Positions 50,576-64,000 of a DNA stretch of 64,000 bases are shown here, piece by piece. Source of the DNA: Octopus sinensis (lineage: Eukaryota); the NCBI RefSeq assembly GCF_006345805.1, contig NC_042998.1, positions 80,042,001 through 80,106,000 of the forward strand, in the 5' to 3' direction. The translations under genes and the position numbers were made by a program. How positions within the stretch are numbered: position 1 is the stretch's first letter; the number at the start of each line of letters is the position of its first letter. The notes under the pieces were generated by a model, which had not been told where the DNA came from, did no database searches, and saw only the letters and a list, made by a program, of their open reading frames with translations.

Positions 50576-53289
50576 ACTGACATAGTAAGCACCAGTCAAG
50601 TACTGGAGTTGATAATTAGATTGTTTCTTCTCCTCAGCTGTGTGAGTTATGCTCATAGAAATCCTTATATGCTGAGGCTCGCCATCAACTGTTTATGTTC
50701 TATATGGAAAGCAGACATTAGAGTTTGACACAATCGTCTGCATTGTAGGATCCTGTCAAAACACCCAACTCATGCCTGCCTGAAAGTCACACATTAAATG
50801 ATAACAACAATGATGATGGCTTTATTGACAACCAAACATCTATGAGCCAATGAGAAAGCCTGGATATGGTAGTTCAACCTACCAGAAATACCAACAATAT
50901 CACTCTCATATAACACCCTGCTATATTAAAAAGTAAGGATACATTGAATAATGTAGTGCTAAATACACTATGCCTGGAAAGGGAACTGGTTAGTCACAGC
51001 TAAAGATCATGATTATGGGTCTGGTTGGTAAAACTAAACAACCACCATAGATTTAGGCCCTAGTATCCAACAAAAGCAAGTGTTTACATATTCTCTGGTT
51101 TTGAGAATATGTAAACAGTAAGGCTGATTTTTAGTGTTCCCTTTAACATCTAGATTAAAAATACATTTTTCACATTAGTCCAATAATAGACAATAACATC
51201 ATATAATTACTTCCCTTGTTTACCTCTTCAAGAAGTGTTGGGGGAGGGGGAAGTCTGTGGGGGAGGTCTGTTTTAAAGAAGAAAAGCTGTTTGTGACTCA
51301 ACTTCTATATTAAGCTTACTTTAAACAGAAGTCTTTCCTTTTATATCTTAGTAATCACAAGTGTTTACTCTTTACTGCTGCTTTATAACAAGATCCCAAC
51401 TTTACCTGCTGATGCTGCTATTTGCTTTAGGATCTTAAAACAGCAAACTTGAAAGCTAAGAAGCTATGCTAAAAAAATTCAGTGTAAATTACAAGTATTT
51501 TCCTCTTAAATACTTAAATGCTGTAAAATCTTATGAGTCAGTTTAATATGAGATAAGAGGCAAATAATAGCAACAATTTTATGCTTTATTTAGAAATTTT
51601 AACTATGGTAATATGATACTGAATATTAACATTGTTTATAACCAGTGCAAATCTGATTACAGCTCAAAATGTAAAAATCGACAATACTAGATTATAACAT
51701 TTTCTTTTTTCAACTTTTTCATCATTTTCTCCTCGCTACATTGAGTCTGAGGGATCTGAAAATTTCCAAGAACTTCACAAACTGTTACAGCATGTTCTGC
51801 ATAATTATGATTATCTGTAAAACTAATAGTAAACTATGATAAGTTAATTAACCTTCTAAATCTTGCATGGTTTTTGAGTAGCACTTATTTGTCATAGAAT
51901 ATAGTTCAAATCTGAGAGGCAACATGTCTCGCATCTGCTTAAAAATTCTGTGGACATGTGTAGGTATTGTCATCACCACTACAGCAGCCATTGCCATCAC
52001 AATCACTATCATCATCATTACTATCATCAACAACAACATCACCATCATCATTTTTCATCTGCTTTCCATGTTGGCATGGGTTAGAGTGGTTGTGATGTCC
52101 AAGCCAGTTCTTATTTGGAATTACAGCCATCCTAGACAGTTCAGGAGACAACATCTTACTTATATTTTTTATATTTCTGACATGATTTCTGTGGCTATGT
52201 CCTCCCTAGCACCAAGCACACCACAGTGTACTTGGTGCATTTTATGATGGCTCCAGCACAAGAGAGGTTGTCTTGTCCTCATCAAAACAAGACTAAAGGT
52301 CCTTTTGATTATGTTGTCTTTACTCATTTGCTAATCACTTTACAAAGTATACTGAATGCATTTTATTTTAGCACCAGCACTAGTAACAATGCCTTGGACC
52401 CTACAAGACAAAAGGAGTCCCTACTACTTTTTGTTGGTTCTGTTTAATCAGGATAATCAATAGAGAAAGGGATATTTTAAACGGAAACCTAAGGGATTCA
52501 TAATCCTGCTATGGTCAATCTTGTCTTTCATCCTTCCAGATTTGACAAAATAAAGTACCAGTACTGAGCTTGATTTAATTGTCTATCCCCTTCTGCAAAA
52601 TTTGTTAAGGATTTGGGTCTATATTAGAAAAGATAACTTGTACTAATATTTCATGTCCTGTTATTGGTTCAATTATTTGTTTCAGTCATTGGACTATGGC
52701 CATGCTAGGCATATTTAACATCCACTTTTCCATGTTGTATGGGTAAGCTAGAATTGATTGAGGTGAATTTTTTTACAGCCACATGCCCTTCCTGTTGCCA
52801 ACCCTGACCAGTTTCCAAGTAAGGTAATGTTCCTAATGACTAGACAGACTTTCACAGAAGATTAGAAATGTCGCCAGCATGCAAATGCTGGCAACATTTG
52901 GTTACAAGTCTCATGTGACGTCAAGGCAGGGCGACAGTAACACACATATATAGGATGGTCTTCATTTATATATATCTATATCCTTATAAAAAGCAAAAGT
53001 CGTTTGTCTGTACATTGACTGCTGAAAACACTAATTAAAATTGATAATATTTCAGGTTTTTTGGTGTCATTTCAATTAATTTGATCATCCCACAGATAAC
53101 AGTGCACTTATTTTCTGAAAACGGAATGAGGATGGGTGGACTGAGTTGGTGGTGCATTGGCTCCTGTTTCTAGTATATATATATATATATATATACAGGA
53201 TGGACTTCATTTATATATAAATATATCTATGTAGTAACTGCTTTCTTGTGTTCAAGCAAAGTCATTGCTAGAAAGATTTGCACATCCTA

Positions 53290-53660
53290 TTGCATAATGC
53301 ACAGCTGTGCTGACTGGCAGAAGGAACAGGTGCCACAGTATGAAATCTTTTGACATACCTTTTCATCTTTCAACTGAAAGGCACACCTTTTAACAGGTTG
53401 CACATGTTCTGTTGTGAACAATACCTGTATCACAATATACAAGGGGTTGATTCCTGTGAGTTCGCAGATGGCTGTCCAGGCCTGCATGACTCAAGAATTT
53501 CCTCACACAAATCACACACATAAGAAGCAACAGTCCTTCATTTTCCACAGGTTCATTCTTTCTAAGCCTTCTCTTGATCTTCTCATACTTCATTCTCTCT
53601 CTTTCAAACTTCAAACCACCACTGTACACACTTTTCCTCCATCCATTTTGGTCTTGTACC
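53290..53660 (-). mobile_element. RTE (BovB-like) LINE C-terminal fragment with C2H2 finger
   Basis: GLKFERERMKYEKIKRRLRK...CVICVRKFLSHAGLDSHLRTH resembles the RTE ORF2 tail (FE..R......KR..RK...C..C.R...S..GL.SH.R.H). Disrupted downstream. Confidence 0.7.
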
Positions 53661-53867
53661 TCCCTCTCCCAATCAACAACTTAAACCCCTGTCTATATAC
53701 ATATAGGATAGGCTTCATTTCAGCTTCCATCTACCAAATCCGCTCACAAGGTTTTGATGGGTGGTTACCTCAGAGCTATAGAAGACAAACTTCTTATCAC
53801 AAAGCCATACTGCTCCTACATGCATACATGCATATACATATTTACGCTTATGCATAAAGAAGAACTA

Positions 53868-54084
53868 CAAGGTGGTACTGAAAAGTTTCTGGTTTTGGGT
53901 AAAAGAAAATATAGGAGGATCATTTAATCATGATTTTATTCAACATATTCTCCTCTCAGATTCACACATATATTGCAGTGCTCCTTCAGTTTTTCTAAGC
54001 CCTCTAAAAGAATTTAGAAGGTTGGGCCTCCAACCAGGCCTTTCACAATACCCTTAAAGTCAGGAACTTTTCAGTACCTCCTTA
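53868..54084. mobile_element. Mariner-derived MITE (~217 bp)
   Basis: TIRs caaggtggtactgaaaagtttctgg / tcaggaacttttcagtacctcctta, flanked by TA on both sides. Confidence 0.85.
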
Positions 54085-54334
54085 TACATGTTAGATGAGA
54101 CAGAATTTGTCACCAACCCTCATCTGATTTCAAGTAAGGTAATATTCCTCCATGACCAGACATTTTCATAGAAGACTAGAAATGAACAACATCACTTGTA
54201 TGACAGTAAAACTTATTTACAAACATCACATGATGTCAAGGCAAGGATACACACAAATGTGTGTGCACCCCATACCCACACGTGTCCCCCCCCACAGTCC
54301 ACACTATATACATATATATATATGTGAAATCGAA

Positions 54335-54795
54335 ATCAAATTCAATGACTGGCATCTGTGCTAGTGGAGCACTAAGAGTACCATACGAGTGAGATTGTTG
54401 CCAGAGCAACAAGTTGGCCTTCATGCCAATGGCACATTAAAAACACCATTCGAGTGTGATCGTTACCTGCATCGCCTTACTAGCACTTGTGCTGGTGGCA
54501 CATGAAAAAACATTCGAGCGAGGTCGTTGCCAGTTCCGCTGGACTGGCTCCTGTGCAGGTGGCACATAAAAAGCACCTTTTGAGCGTGGCTGTTGCCAGT
54601 ACCGCCTGACTGGCCCTCTTGCCGGTGGCACGTAAAAGCACCCACTATACTCTTGGAGTGGTTGGCGTAAGGAAGGGCATCCAGCTGTAGAAACTCAACC
54701 AGATCAGATTGCAGCCATCTGGTTCACCAGACCTCAATCAAATTGTCCAACCCATGCTAGCATGGAAAGCGGACATTAAACGATGATGATGCTGA
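54335..54795 (+). mobile_element. SINE family C with four internal modules
   Basis: tggcac(a/g)t..aaa modules near 54430, 54495, 54560 and 54625, then ggcgtaaggaagggcatccagctgtagaaac and a (GAT)n tail. Confidence 0.85.
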
Positions 54796-54825
54796 TATAT
54801 ATATATATATACGCACACACACAAT

Positions 54826-54977
54826 AAGCTCCTTTCAGTTTCCATCTACCAAAACCATTCATAAAAAGGATTTGGTCAGTCTGGGCCTATAGTAGAAGAT
54901 ACTTGCCCAGTATGCCATGCAGTCAGACTGAATCCAAGACTACATAGTTGGGAACCAAGCTTATAAGCCACACAGCA
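54826..54977 (-). mobile_element. SINE family A, 5' half
   Basis: ctttcagtttccatctacc...ctatagtagaagatacttgccc...ccacacagc. Confidence 0.75.
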
Positions 54978-56260
54978 TAAATGTTTTTTTTATTATTATA
55001 CAGTTATATTCACATACATACACACTCATTATTTCTATTTCATATGACTACACACTCCTTTATAGGAGTTCAAACATTAGCAGTGAACACATATGCAGTC
55101 TAACAAATACACACACAATAAAGCACATGTCCACACTTCTCACTCTGTAATGGCATGGAGCAAAGAGGCAGAATGAGTTATGTCTTTACTTGCAAGATAT
55201 TTAATGTATAAGAGAAACGAAATCTACAGCACGTGTGTTTAATAGCATTATTATAAGTATAAACATCAAGTTTGAAAGGGAAAAGGAAATTGTGTCTGCC
55301 TAACATTAAAATAGCATCCATTCACTGAATTCCATGCATTAAATTAGTATTTTTATAATGAATTGAAAATCAGTAACTTTTTATATTTAGTAATTATTAA
55401 TTATTTATAGTTTTTGTCTGGGTAAGCACTGGAAGGATAGATGGATGAACGGATGGACGAACAGATGGATGGAATTATAGCTCATCTAGCACTGGTTGAA
55501 TGAAATTTTATTTCAAAACAAAATGGAAATTGAAGGAAGTTAAAAAAAAAAAACAAACAAAAAAAAAAAAAAAATTATGGGACAATCACTCTGATACTAC
55601 AACATCCTATGCTATTTGTTGTACAGTCATTAACACTTTTAAGAGCATTCAGCCAGCAAATTATTGAGAATTCAATTAAATACGTTCTGTTTAACATCTA
55701 AAATATATGCAAATTATGTTAAATTTACTATGCAAAAGACAAAAACAAAAAACCCCAAAAAGGAATTTTTTTATATTAGAAATTAAATTTAAAAATTGAC
55801 AAATTTATGCTTTTTATTTAATATTATTATTGAAACTTTTATATATATGTGTGAGTGTGTGTGTATTGGTAGAGAATTTTTAACTGCATTCATCTGCTTC
55901 CCCTATTTATCCGATTTTGATTTCAGCAAAAATAAAAATAAATGTCATACAATACTAATGGAAATATATAGCTTGCTTGTATCCTGAATTGATTTTTCTG
56001 TTTTCTTTTATTATTATTATTATTTATTTTTTTTTTTATGTATATATATATATATATGCATATATTTTTTAGAAGCCTGAAAGAACATTTTATGATGTTT
56101 AACTTTTACCAGAATGTAAAAGTAATGGCTGGTTCTGCAACTAATGATGGATTTGGGTTATGTTCATTTACATAGTAATTGTTAAGCTTTCCCTGGTTCA
56201 TAACAGCATGTGGGTCGTGTCTGATGCAGGAGGTGAATGATTAAAAGAAAAGAAAAAAGC

Positions 56261-56301
<41 letters not shown>

Positions 56302-56577
56302 TTAATGGTATATGTCAGTGACATTACTAGTAAAAATGTGTATATAGTTTTATGTATGTATGAATGATGTGTGTGTGTATGGCTTCATGTGCTCACATGT
56401 GACTTTGAGGGCTTTTATCAAATGCATGCACGTGCATTTATTTGAATATCTGACTGCATGTGCGATCATTTTTACATTCACTTTTTCCTTGCTAGAATGG
56501 CTTGGAAAACCCTTCTATAAGGAATACAGACATACAGATATTATACATGTATTTTGTCATTATATTTTGGCACACAC

Positions 56578-56723
56578 ATTGCTGTATGGTTAAGATGCTT
56601 ACTTTGTAACAATATGGTCTTGTGTTCAGTTATGCTGCACAGTACCTTGGATGCTACAAGAGCCCCAGGCTGACCAATACCTTGTGAATGAATTTGGTTG
56701 ATGGAAACCGTGTAGAAGTGTGT

Positions 56724-56756
<33 letters not shown>

Positions 56757-56955
56757 ATGTCCCTACCTCTGCCTGGCAACTGGTGTTGGTTTGTTTGTGT
56801 TCTTATAATGCAGCAGCTTGGCAAAAGATATCTATAGACTCAAAAAAGACAAAAATGTACTGGAGCAGATTTGTTCAGCTAAACAGTTCAAAGCAGTGCC
56901 CCAGCATAGCCACGGTCCAATGACTGAAACAAGTAAAGGAAGTAAAAGATAAAAG
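56578..56955 (+). mobile_element. SINE family A
   Basis: gctgtatggttaag...gttcagtt...gtgccccagcatagccacggtccaatgactgaaacaagtaaag. Confidence 0.8.
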
Positions 56956-57244
56956 ATACACACACACTTTATATTTCTGCTTTGACCTACCAGAGCAAAT
57001 AACTGAAGGTTAGAACTAAATATATCTATGATCACAGGTCTCCACAAGAATTGACATGCTAGGCAGTGAGATATCACAGTGTTCCTCTCATCCAGACAGC
57101 TCTGTGTATACAGACATATATGAACATCCGCACACAGAGATACGTGTGCACACACACACATTCTCCTCTACATCATCTGGGTCATGAAAACTAATGACTT
57201 CAGTACACTAATGTATATTTACATATATGAACCGTATAAACATA

Positions 57245-57280
<36 letters not shown>

Positions 57281-57612
57281 GCTTGTTGTGGAATTAATCT
57301 TGCAGGCATAGCCTAAATTCTAAGCAAACCTGTATAAGTAACGGGAAGACCAAAGGGTGCTAACGAGCCATGGACTGTTCTTTCCATTACCAATGTTATT
57401 TTGCCAAGAATCTGAGTTATAACCCCTAGAGTAATTCCACAGCACGACTGTATGCTTTGAACATATAAACATACTTTACTATACAAAATATATAACACAC
57501 ACACATATATATACACACACATATATACACACACACATACAGAGCAACATGTTTGCACATATAGAAACATATTTACACACACTTATTCACATGCATGCAC
57601 ACAGACATGCAT

Positions 57613-57647
<35 letters not shown>

Positions 57648-57919
57648 CTCTCTCACACACACACACAATCTCACACACACTCTCTCTCTCTCACACACAC
57701 ACACACACAAATTTCTATCTCATGCTGTGCATGGTATATGCGCATATTCAACAGGTGTGTTCACATTAATAGATTAACAGATGCTGTTTGCTAATCCATG
57801 CAGAATAGATAAGATTAGATAAATAAAACGAAAAAAAACAAATGAAAAAACCAAAAAGAACAAATGGAATAAAAGAGTAAACATGAAAACGAGAAGAAAA
57901 TGAAGATTTGTAAAGAAAG

Positions 57920-58930
57920 GCTAGTGGTTGGTGGATGGATAGTGGATGGTGTTGGGTGATATATAGTGACTGGTGACTGCTGGATGGTGAGAGGTTGGTG
58001 ATGGTTGGTAGTTGATGACTGGTGGTTGGTCTACTGATGGTGACTGATGGCTCATGGTTAGAGATTGATGGTGATTGATGGCTTGTGCTTGATGGTTCAT
58101 GTTTGGTGATGAACAGTGGCCAATAATTGGTGGATGGTGACTGATGATGACTGATGGCAGATGGTTGGTGATTGATGGTGAGTGATGGCAAGTGGTTGGT
58201 TATTGGGGTGTCTATTGACTGGTTGATGATAACGATGGATGATGAATGATAAGTGGTCAATGATTGATGGTGAGTGATTGGCTGGTGATTAGTAATTGGG
58301 GTGTCTATTGACTGGCTGTTGGTGACGGATGATAACAGGTGGTCAACGATTGATGGGTGACTGATGACTCATGGCTGGAGATGAGAGTGGCTGATGGCTG
58401 GTGACTGATGCCTGGTGCTAGATGGTTGACATATTTCTTGTTTTGGAGATGGCATGGTTGGTATGGAAGACCCTATTTCATTCAGATATTTTCCAACATG
58501 CATAGTTAAGCGTGTGCAAATGCATTTGTGTAAATGTCCATGTGGGCTTGTGTGTCTGTGTTTATGTTCGTATGTATGACCATTCATGTAGTTTTATGCA
58601 ATGTATTCATGTTGCTTGTGTTCACATGCAATTTTATGTCCTGTGTGCGTGCATGCATGTTTACTTGTGTGTGTGTGTGTGTGGTTCTGTGAGAGTGTGT
58701 TTATGTATGTGTCCATATGTGCTTGTGCATATGTATGTTGATGTAGGTGTTCATAGGTGATTTGTATGTATATGTTCATGTGCATCTTGTGTGCATGCTC
58801 ATATGTGCTCATGATGTGTATGTGTTGTGTGTGTGATCATGTGTGTGCATGCACACGTGTGTGCATGCACACGTGTGTGTGTGTGTGTGGGGGGGGGGGG
58901 AGTATTGAGTGATCATGTGTGTTTGTGTCT
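57920..58930. repeat. Degenerate (GGT/GAT)n block followed by a degenerate (GT)n block
   Basis: Read directly. tggggtgtctattgactgg is duplicated near 58205 and 58297. Confidence 0.9.
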
Positions 58931-59289
58931 ATACATTTGTGTGAACCTTTTATGGCACATGAATCCAAGTTTTGATTTAAGCATTCCCATTGATATTACA
59001 CTGAAAGACTGGAACTAAAACAAACTGTATTATATGACATCAGAGATTAGAAACAATTATTATTCTTATCATCATCATCATCATTATTATTATTATTATT
59101 AGAACAAAGAGAATACAGGGTCAACCACAGTGAAAATGCTGCATTGGGTAAAAGATCTGTAGTGAGACCCCTTCTTTGAGTAAGGACATTATTGGAATTA
59201 AAGAAAGCAGATCCATGTTGCAAATCTGTTTCCACTAATCCTTTCAAGGCTTCCCAGAGGAGGGAGAGATGATGATGGAGGCGTAAGAA

Positions 59290-59690
<401 letters not shown>

Positions 59691-60591
59691 ACCCACAAAC
59701 ACTGTTCTCATCTGAAGCCAAATCCACAGTTGTACCTTTTGTAATCTCTGAAGGCTTGTATTAAGTTAGACCCAATTCTTTGTCAGTCAGTGATGTACAC
59801 AAACTGATGATAATGATGATGATGAGATTGATCATTATCATCCTGATTTTCATCATTAACGTCATCAAAGCAAACATGAATGCCATCAGTATTGCACACA
59901 CACACATACACACAGACATACACATACACACACATACACACACACACTCACATTAAAACAATTACAGTATTTATTTGACTATTTAAAACTATAATGGAAT
60001 TCCAGTAGGGCTCCTCTGCATTAGCTAATTCAACCTAGCAACAGAGATAAACTTAATTGATGCAGTGAAAATGTAATTATTTAGCAAGAAACTATTTTCT
60101 CTATTGTTTCCTTTTTCTTTTTTTTATTTCCTTTTTCTTATTTTATTTCTTTGTTTTTTTTTTGTTTTTTTTTACTTTTACTTTTTCACTAATAAAGAAA
60201 CATTTAAAATCTAATCCGCTAATGTTTTTATCATTATCATAGCCTGTATATCTTGAGCCTCTTTACATCCTTACACCACACACACACATTTTTTCATTTG
60301 TTCAACAGCCATTTTTCCATGCTAGCATGGGGTAGAGAAATACATATTACTGATGCACTGTTTTACAGCTGGATGCCCTTCCTGTTGTTAACACTGTCCT
60401 GTTTTTCATGTAAGAGATTTTTTTTTTATTTCACTTATCTTTGAAAGTACAGAGCTAGAGAATAATATTACTGACAAGGATTGCCAACAAATGCCTCCGT
60501 TTTTAGATCAATACTATAAACGTGAAGCAAAAGAATGTAAATGTTCATACAGACAAACACACACAAATGCATGCAGACACACACAATATAC

Positions 60592-60925
60592 ATGGGTCAA
60601 TGGTTAGAGCATCAGGATCACAATCATGAGATAGCAAGTTCAATTCCTGGACTAGGTTGTGTGTTGTGTTCTTAAGCAAGACACTTTATTTCACGTTGCT
60701 CCAGTTCTCTCAGCTGTACAAATGAGTTGCAATGTCACTGGTGCCAAGCTGTATCGGCCTTTGCCTTTCTCTTGGATAACATTGGTGGTGAGGAGAAGGG
60801 AGGCTGGTACACATGGGCAACTGCTGGTCTTCCACAAACCACCTTGCCAGGACTTGTGCCTCAGAGGGGAACTTTCTAGGTGCAATCCCATGGTCATTCA
60901 TGACCAAAGGAGGTATTTACCCTTT
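60592..60925 (+). mobile_element. SINE family D, full length
   Basis: A-box-like gggtcaatggttagagc, B-box-like gttcaattcc, then gtgttcttaagcaagacacttt, ending ctttacctttac-like. Confidence 0.85.
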
Positions 60926-60954
60926 ACTCTACACTAATACCCGCCTCACACACA

Positions 60955-61348
60955 CATGCAGCTATGTGGTGAAGAAGTTTGCTTCCTAACTACATGGTTT
61001 CAGGTTCAGTCACACTGCAATGCACCTTGAACAAGCAAGTGTCTTCTACTATTGTCCTAGGTTAAGCAAAGCTTTGTGAGTGGACACAGTAGATGGAAAC
61101 TGAAAGAAGCCTCTAGTATATGTATATATGTATGTGTGAGTGTAAGCATGTGTATGTTTGTGTAGTGTCTCCTTGACTGGACATCAAGTAATTGTTGTAA
61201 AGGAATTTCATTAATTTCCAATACACTACAAAAACAATGTAAACAAATGTGAATTGGTAATAGAAATAGCATCTGGTGATAGAAAATCTGGCTGAAACTC
61301 TGTTCGATCCAATCAAGCATGGAAAAGTGGACATTAACACATTGATGA
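60955..61348 (+). mobile_element. Chimeric SINE: family A head with a family-C-like 3' tail
   Basis: A-type head and (TA/GT) tract, followed by ...gcatggaaaagtggacattaa...gatgat. Confidence 0.65.
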
Positions 61349-61517
61349 TACACACACAACAGGTTTCCATACAGTTTCTATCTACTGCTTACACTCACGG
61401 GACATTTGTTGCCCTGAAGCTACAGTAGAAGCCATTTGACCAAGCTGCTGTGCAGTGAGACAGAACTCATAACCACATGGTAACAAAAGCAACTCTGTGT
61501 GTGTGATATATATGTTT

Positions 61518-62230
61518 CTAATTCAGGTACAAGGCCAGCAATTTTGTTGGAAGTATGTTAGTTGGTTACATCGATCCCTGAACTTGACTGGTACATTATT
61601 TTATTTTGACCCCAGAGAGATGAAAGGCAAAGTTGACCTTGGCAGGATTTGAACTCAGAATGTAAAGAGCTGGAAGAAATGTCTCAAAGTATTTTGTCTG
61701 ACACTAACAATTCTGAAATTCACTGCTCTTCATAATTTTATTTCTAATATAGGCACAAGGCCAGCAAATTTGAAGGGAGGGGTTAGTTGATTACATCAAC
61801 CCCAATATAAGACTGGTACTTTATCTTATGGAGTCTGACCCTTAAATTTTAGGTAAAAATAACAGACAATTATATTGACTCCAGCACTTTACTGGTACTT
61901 CATTTTAATGACTCTGAAAGGATGAAAAGCAAAATTCACCTTGGAGGTATTGGTACTCAGAAAGTAAGGTGCCACATTTAAGTATTGCAAAGCATTTTGT
62001 CTGATGTGAAAACTATTCTGTAAAACCACTGCCCTTAACATAGGCACACAACTAGAACTTTTAGTAGGAGGAAGTCAGTTTTATTGCTTCCAGTATTTTA
62101 CCAATACCATGAAGATTGATAGGAAAAGGTGACCATGCCAGGATTTGAACTCAGAATCTAAACAGCCAGAACAAATACCATAAGGGAGTTTGTCTGACGC
62201 TCTAATGATTCTAGCAAACCACGATTCTTA
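61518..62230 (-). mobile_element. Head-to-tail array of four SINE-B copies or fragments
   Basis: Units at about 61518-61730, 61742-61825, 61845-62035 and 62040-62230. Confidence 0.82.
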
Positions 62231-63009
62231 ACTACTACTACTACTACAATTCATGCAAATGCTAGTTAGCAATACACAAAGCATTCCACAGAGAATTGAT
62301 TGAAAAGGGACTAACCTACAGAAATGTAGTGCTACTATTGAAGACATTCCAGAATTCCTCCTATGAAAAGCAGCAAGGGATGATCTGATCCAAGCATTAA
62401 TGGTTTCTATTCACAGAGTAAATGAACACAGCACAGCTTTAGAAAGAGACAAGAAGAAAAAAATTACATAGATTTAAATAAATATATAAATAAATGAAGG
62501 AAAATAATACAATCAATATCAAATAAACAAATCAAGCAAATTTCAATGTATTTAATAAGACAAACAGAAACCTATTTAAATTGAATATGTGTGTGTGTGT
62601 GTGTGTGTGTGTATCTATCTATATGTTATGTATAAATACACATACATATATACTTACACATACACACGAACATGTGCATATAGTTTTCAGAGAAAATACA
62701 GTAATATGAATTTCCTCAAGAAACAAACATTTGAAAAAAAAAAATAATAAATCAAGAAAAATAATAAAAGGGTGGGGGAAGTTAGGGTAGTGAAGACAAA
62801 AACAAAACAAAACAAAACAAAAAACAAACATAACATTGCAGTTGCAACAAATATTAACCATGAAGACATCATACAGAATTGGCTGAAGGACCCACTTGTA
62901 AAAACGTGAGGAACTGCTGGTTTATAAATCCATTTATTTATTCATTCATTCATTGATCATTATCATCATTATCAGTATCGTTTAAATTTATCATTATCAC
63001 TATTACCAG

Positions 63010-63047
<38 letters not shown>

Positions 63048-63222
63048 CACACACACACACACACACATGAACACATACATATATGCATATACACACATAT
63101 ACATACACAATCATTCCATTCTATGTAAATTTCCCACTCTTTGTCTTTGCATTGTCCTCCCATCTGTTGCCTTGGTGGCAAATAAAAGAAAGTATTATTA
63201 TTATTATTATTATTAATAGTAA

Positions 63223-63512
63223 TCGTGGCCGATGCCAGTGCCGCCTCGACTGGCTTCTGTGCCAGTGGCACGTAAAATGCATCGATCCGATTGTGGCTGT
63301 TGCCAGCCTCGCCTGGCACCTGTGCAGGTGGCACGTAAAAAGCACCCACTACTCTCACGGAGTGGTTGGCGTTAGGAAGAGCATCCAGTTGTAGAAACAC
63401 TGCCAGATCAGACTGGAGCCTGGTGCAGCCTTCTGGCTTCCCAGATCCCCGGTTGAACCGTCCAACCCATGCTAGCATGGAGAACGGACATTAAACGATG
63501 ATGATGATGATG
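63223..63512 (+). mobile_element. SINE family C, 5'-truncated, two modules
   Basis: gtgccagtggcacgtaaaa and gtgcaggtggcacgtaaaaagcacc, then the core and a (GAT)n tail. Confidence 0.88.
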
Positions 63513-64000
63513 AGTAGTAGTAGTAGTAGTAGTAGTTTGACTTGCAGTGTTTATAAGTCTGGGTTAAATTCCTACTTAGGTCATCTCTACCTTGCATCTT
63601 TCCAAGAATCAATAAAATAAGTATCAATCAAGTATTAGGTGTCAATATAACTGACTGTCCCAACCCCTACAGAATGTCTAGCCTTTTGATGATGTAAGGA
63701 AAAAAAAAACCCCACTAATTATTGGCATTTTTTTAATTATTAGGCCAAGGAAAAAGTTTGTGTTAAAATAATGCTTTTTTATATATTTTTGTGGTATGTG
63801 TTCATTCAGTTCCTTATTTTAACGCAGCACATGAACCTTGTCCTCAACCTACTATTATTATTTTTAGTTATTTTTATTCCATTATTTTTCTTTTATCTTT
63901 TACTCGTCTCTGCCACTGTACTATGGCCATGCTGGGGCACTACCTTGAAGGGTTTAGTTGAATGAATCAACTTATTTTTGAGACCGCTATTTATTTTGTT

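Noticed and set aside
53390-53629. Possible host C2H2 zinc-finger gene, a family expanded in octopus
   Set aside because: Single finger without TGEKP linkers, in the sequence context of an RTE LINE ORF2 C-terminus, and disrupted.
54420-54645. CRISPR-like repeat-spacer appearance of the gtggcacgtaaaaagcacc modules
   Set aside because: Eukaryotic context, no cas genes, and the linkers are homologous to each other. It is the internal tandem region of a dispersed SINE.
57766-58260. 164-aa His/Ser/Pro-rich ORF
   Set aside because: Reverse translation of a degenerate (GGT/GAT)n block.

Overview
AT-rich eukaryotic genomic DNA, almost certainly from an octopus. This is inferred from the tRNA-derived SINE families and the very dense (AT)n/(AC)n/(TAA)n microsatellites. 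There are no bacterial-type genes, rRNA or CRISPR arrays, and almost every ORF in the supplied track is a microsatellite or repeat artefact. The window looks like the 5' region (large introns) of an unidentified minus-strand gene, with candidate exons at 3180-3320 and 10516-10596 and further donors at 4321, 18831 and 29685. It is packed with repeats: four SINE families (labelled A-D here), two decayed full-length mariners, hAT-, piggyBac- and mariner-type MITEs, two Helentron-like (HINE/DINE-1-type) elements, and fragments of RTE, R4/Dong, L1/Tx1 and Penelope retroelements. The best finds are: a tailless 5'-end RPL17 retrocopy with an 11-bp TSD inside a LINE RT domain; a shared 3' tail between a young SINE-B and an L1/Tx1-like LINE; head-to-tail SINE-B arrays that collect other elements; several degenerate minimal hammerhead-ribozyme motifs; and long fold-back hairpins. 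I cannot support a wholly new biological system from the sequence alone. Family names come from motif recognition, not database searches, and boundaries of old repeats are approximate.
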